DNA of 64,000 nt from a virus (lineage: Duplodnaviria > Caudoviricetes), in IMG/VR virus record IMGVR_UViG_3300045391_005020, one strand, 5' to 3'. Shown here one piece after another: positions 62,748-64,000 of the stretch (its first letter is position 1; each line of letters begins with the position of its first letter). The notes under the pieces are model-generated. The model was not told the DNA's origin, searched no databases, and saw only the letters and a list, made by a program, of their open reading frames with translations. Both the position numbers and the translations under genes were made by a program.

Positions 62748-63410
62748 TTAGCAGGTGAGCCACGCAATTTTGCTGGCGAGTGAGAGGTCCTTCCAGTTTC
62801 GTTGCATGTCTCCGGTGATCATGAAGCTGTCGGTCTGGGGAATGCCCATGCGATGGAGCTGTTTCGCCAGCGACTTGAAATACTCGCGATGATGCAGGCC
62901 CACCGAGGCCCATGCCATCGTCAGGTTTTTATCGAAGGTGGTCGAGTCGATCCCGACAATCATCACGTGTGCGATGGCCAGGCGCGCGAGCGCAACCCAA
63001 TTACGATCGGTCAGGAGTGACTTGATGAGAGCCACTTCCGGTCCGCCGCGCTTTGAGGTGTGATCGCCAGCCAGGAGCTGTCCGTACGTATTATAGTCCG
63101 GTTGGGCAGCCTGGGCTTCGAGGCGGCGCGCTAGGTTGTGGAGCGCCAAAGCGCGTCCCAGCCTTTCGCCCGTCTCCTGTAATTTTTTCATCGGGTAGCA
63201 GTTCGAGGTGTCGATCTTAACCTCGGTCTCGAACTTCTCCGGATGGCCTTTGCGCCACGCGAAGAAATCAGCCTTGGCCAAGTCGTCCGCGATCTTCTCG
63301 TGACCCGCCGCGACATTGTACAGATCCGTGACGTTCGTCATGGCCTGTTGTACTTTCAGACGGCGGTTCGGGGGCAGGACCGGAATGGGATGCTTAACGA
63401 AGGTATTCAT
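62748..63410 (-). CDS. hypothetical protein (paralog of 61991..62674)
   Basis: Same C-terminal pattern. Confidence 0.7.
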   Translation of the reverse strand: MNTFVKHPIPVLPPNRRLKVQQAMTNVTDLYNVAAGHEKIADDLAKADFFAWRKGHPEKFETEVKIDTSNCYPMKKLQETGERLGRALALHNLARRLEAQAAQPDYNTYGQLLAGDHTSKRGGPEVALIKSLLTDRNWVALARLAIAHVMIVGIDSTTFDKNLTMAWASVGLHHREYFKSLAKQLHRMGIPQTDSFMITGDMQRNWKDLSLASKIAWLTC

Positions 63411-63670
63411 GACATGATTCCTTGTGCGTGGTGGAAAAAACTGATCGTGCGTTCGGATTAGGGCTCGAACGCGAAGCCAATGCAGTCAGGGCGGCGAATG
63501 GGCAACAAGTTGGCCCGCCGGCCCCGAGCTACCAAGGACCCCAGATGTCGCATCGCGACCTGGAATACTCGATAGTCCAGGTGGAGCGGACCGAACTCGG
63601 AGTCGAATGAGAGTCGGTAAATCATGGGTCGTTTCCGTTTTCGTGGTTTCCAATCAGCGGTCGGTCTGTG

Positions 63671-63777
63671 TGGCGGGACGCGCGGGAGTCGAACCCGCCC
63701 AGGTTCCATTGCTGGAACCACTTCCCTGCTTGGCCTGGGATCCCGTCAGGGACCGGTGCCGCGCAGCCTGAAATCCC
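63671..63777 (-). ncRNA. 107-nt tRNA-like RNA (Ser/Sec-like, enlarged anticodon loop)
   Basis: GCGGG-TTCGACT-CCCGC T arm, G-CCA end, 7-bp variable arm GGTTCCA-GCAA-TGGAACC. Confidence 0.5.
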
Positions 63778-63786
63778 AGAAAAGAC

Positions 63787-63818
63787 CAGACCCCCTGGGT
63801 AGGGTCCCAGGGGGTCTG
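63787..63818 (-). terminator. intrinsic terminator
   Basis: CAGACCCCCTGGG...CCCAGGGGGTCTG followed by GTCTTTTT. Confidence 0.65.
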
Positions 63819-64000
63819 TAGAGAAGGTTCAAAACCAGAAGTCAGTTAGTTCTTCATGGCAAGGTCTCCAGGTGCGAAAGCCCAAATTCCGATTCTTTCG
63901 AATCGGGGGATTGGGTCATAGCACAGCACTTGTACATCTATATCTGGCGAAAAAGGGCTACGGATTCACTACCCCCGGGGGAGGGTTCATTAAGGCGCTT

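Noticed and set aside
63671-63777. tmRNA or bona fide tRNA-Sec
   Set aside because: Too short for tmRNA and lacks the Ala G3-U70/A73 identity; no TCA anticodon in a 7-nt loop.
1-64000. Bacterial chromosome or integrated prophage
   Set aside because: Despite ruvA/ruvB/recA-like genes there are no housekeeping operons, integrase or att context; gene density, strand bias and terminase indicate a large phage genome.

Overview
A 64-kb, GC-rich (about 60% by eye) segment of a large tailed-phage genome. Genes are densely packed, translationally coupled and almost all on the minus strand; the terminase large subunit is the only convincing plus-strand gene. No integrase, capsid or host housekeeping operons were seen. 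The left part (1-27 kb) is accessory: a tandem array of at least 6 small MR(Q/E)KLK paralogs, an HD alarmone-hydrolase-like gene, DUF932, HNH, ATP-dependent ligase, RuvA, RuvB, a RusA-like gene, two exonucleases and two putative outer-membrane proteins. The centre (27-51 kb) is the replication/recombination module: RecA-like, SSB-like, UDG-fused PolA, primase, DnaB, SF2 helicase, SbcC and SbcD. Embedded in it is the most striking system, a four-gene phage-encoded ubiquitin-like conjugation cassette: a coiled-coil E2-like protein, a JAB/JAMM peptidase, a ThiF/E1 enzyme and a head-to-tail di-Ubl precursor whose two units both end in RKIKGN. The right part holds the terminase and a cluster of 9 tRNAs, including two 8/4-fold Sec-like tRNA-Ser and four short-variable-arm tRNA-Leu. 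It also has two oversized tRNA-like RNAs and two long structured intergenic hairpins. A promoter-like motif (ATC-N3-ACAAT-N4-TTGAC) recurs at about 14 sites, mostly intergenic. All calls are from reading motifs by eye; no database searches were run.
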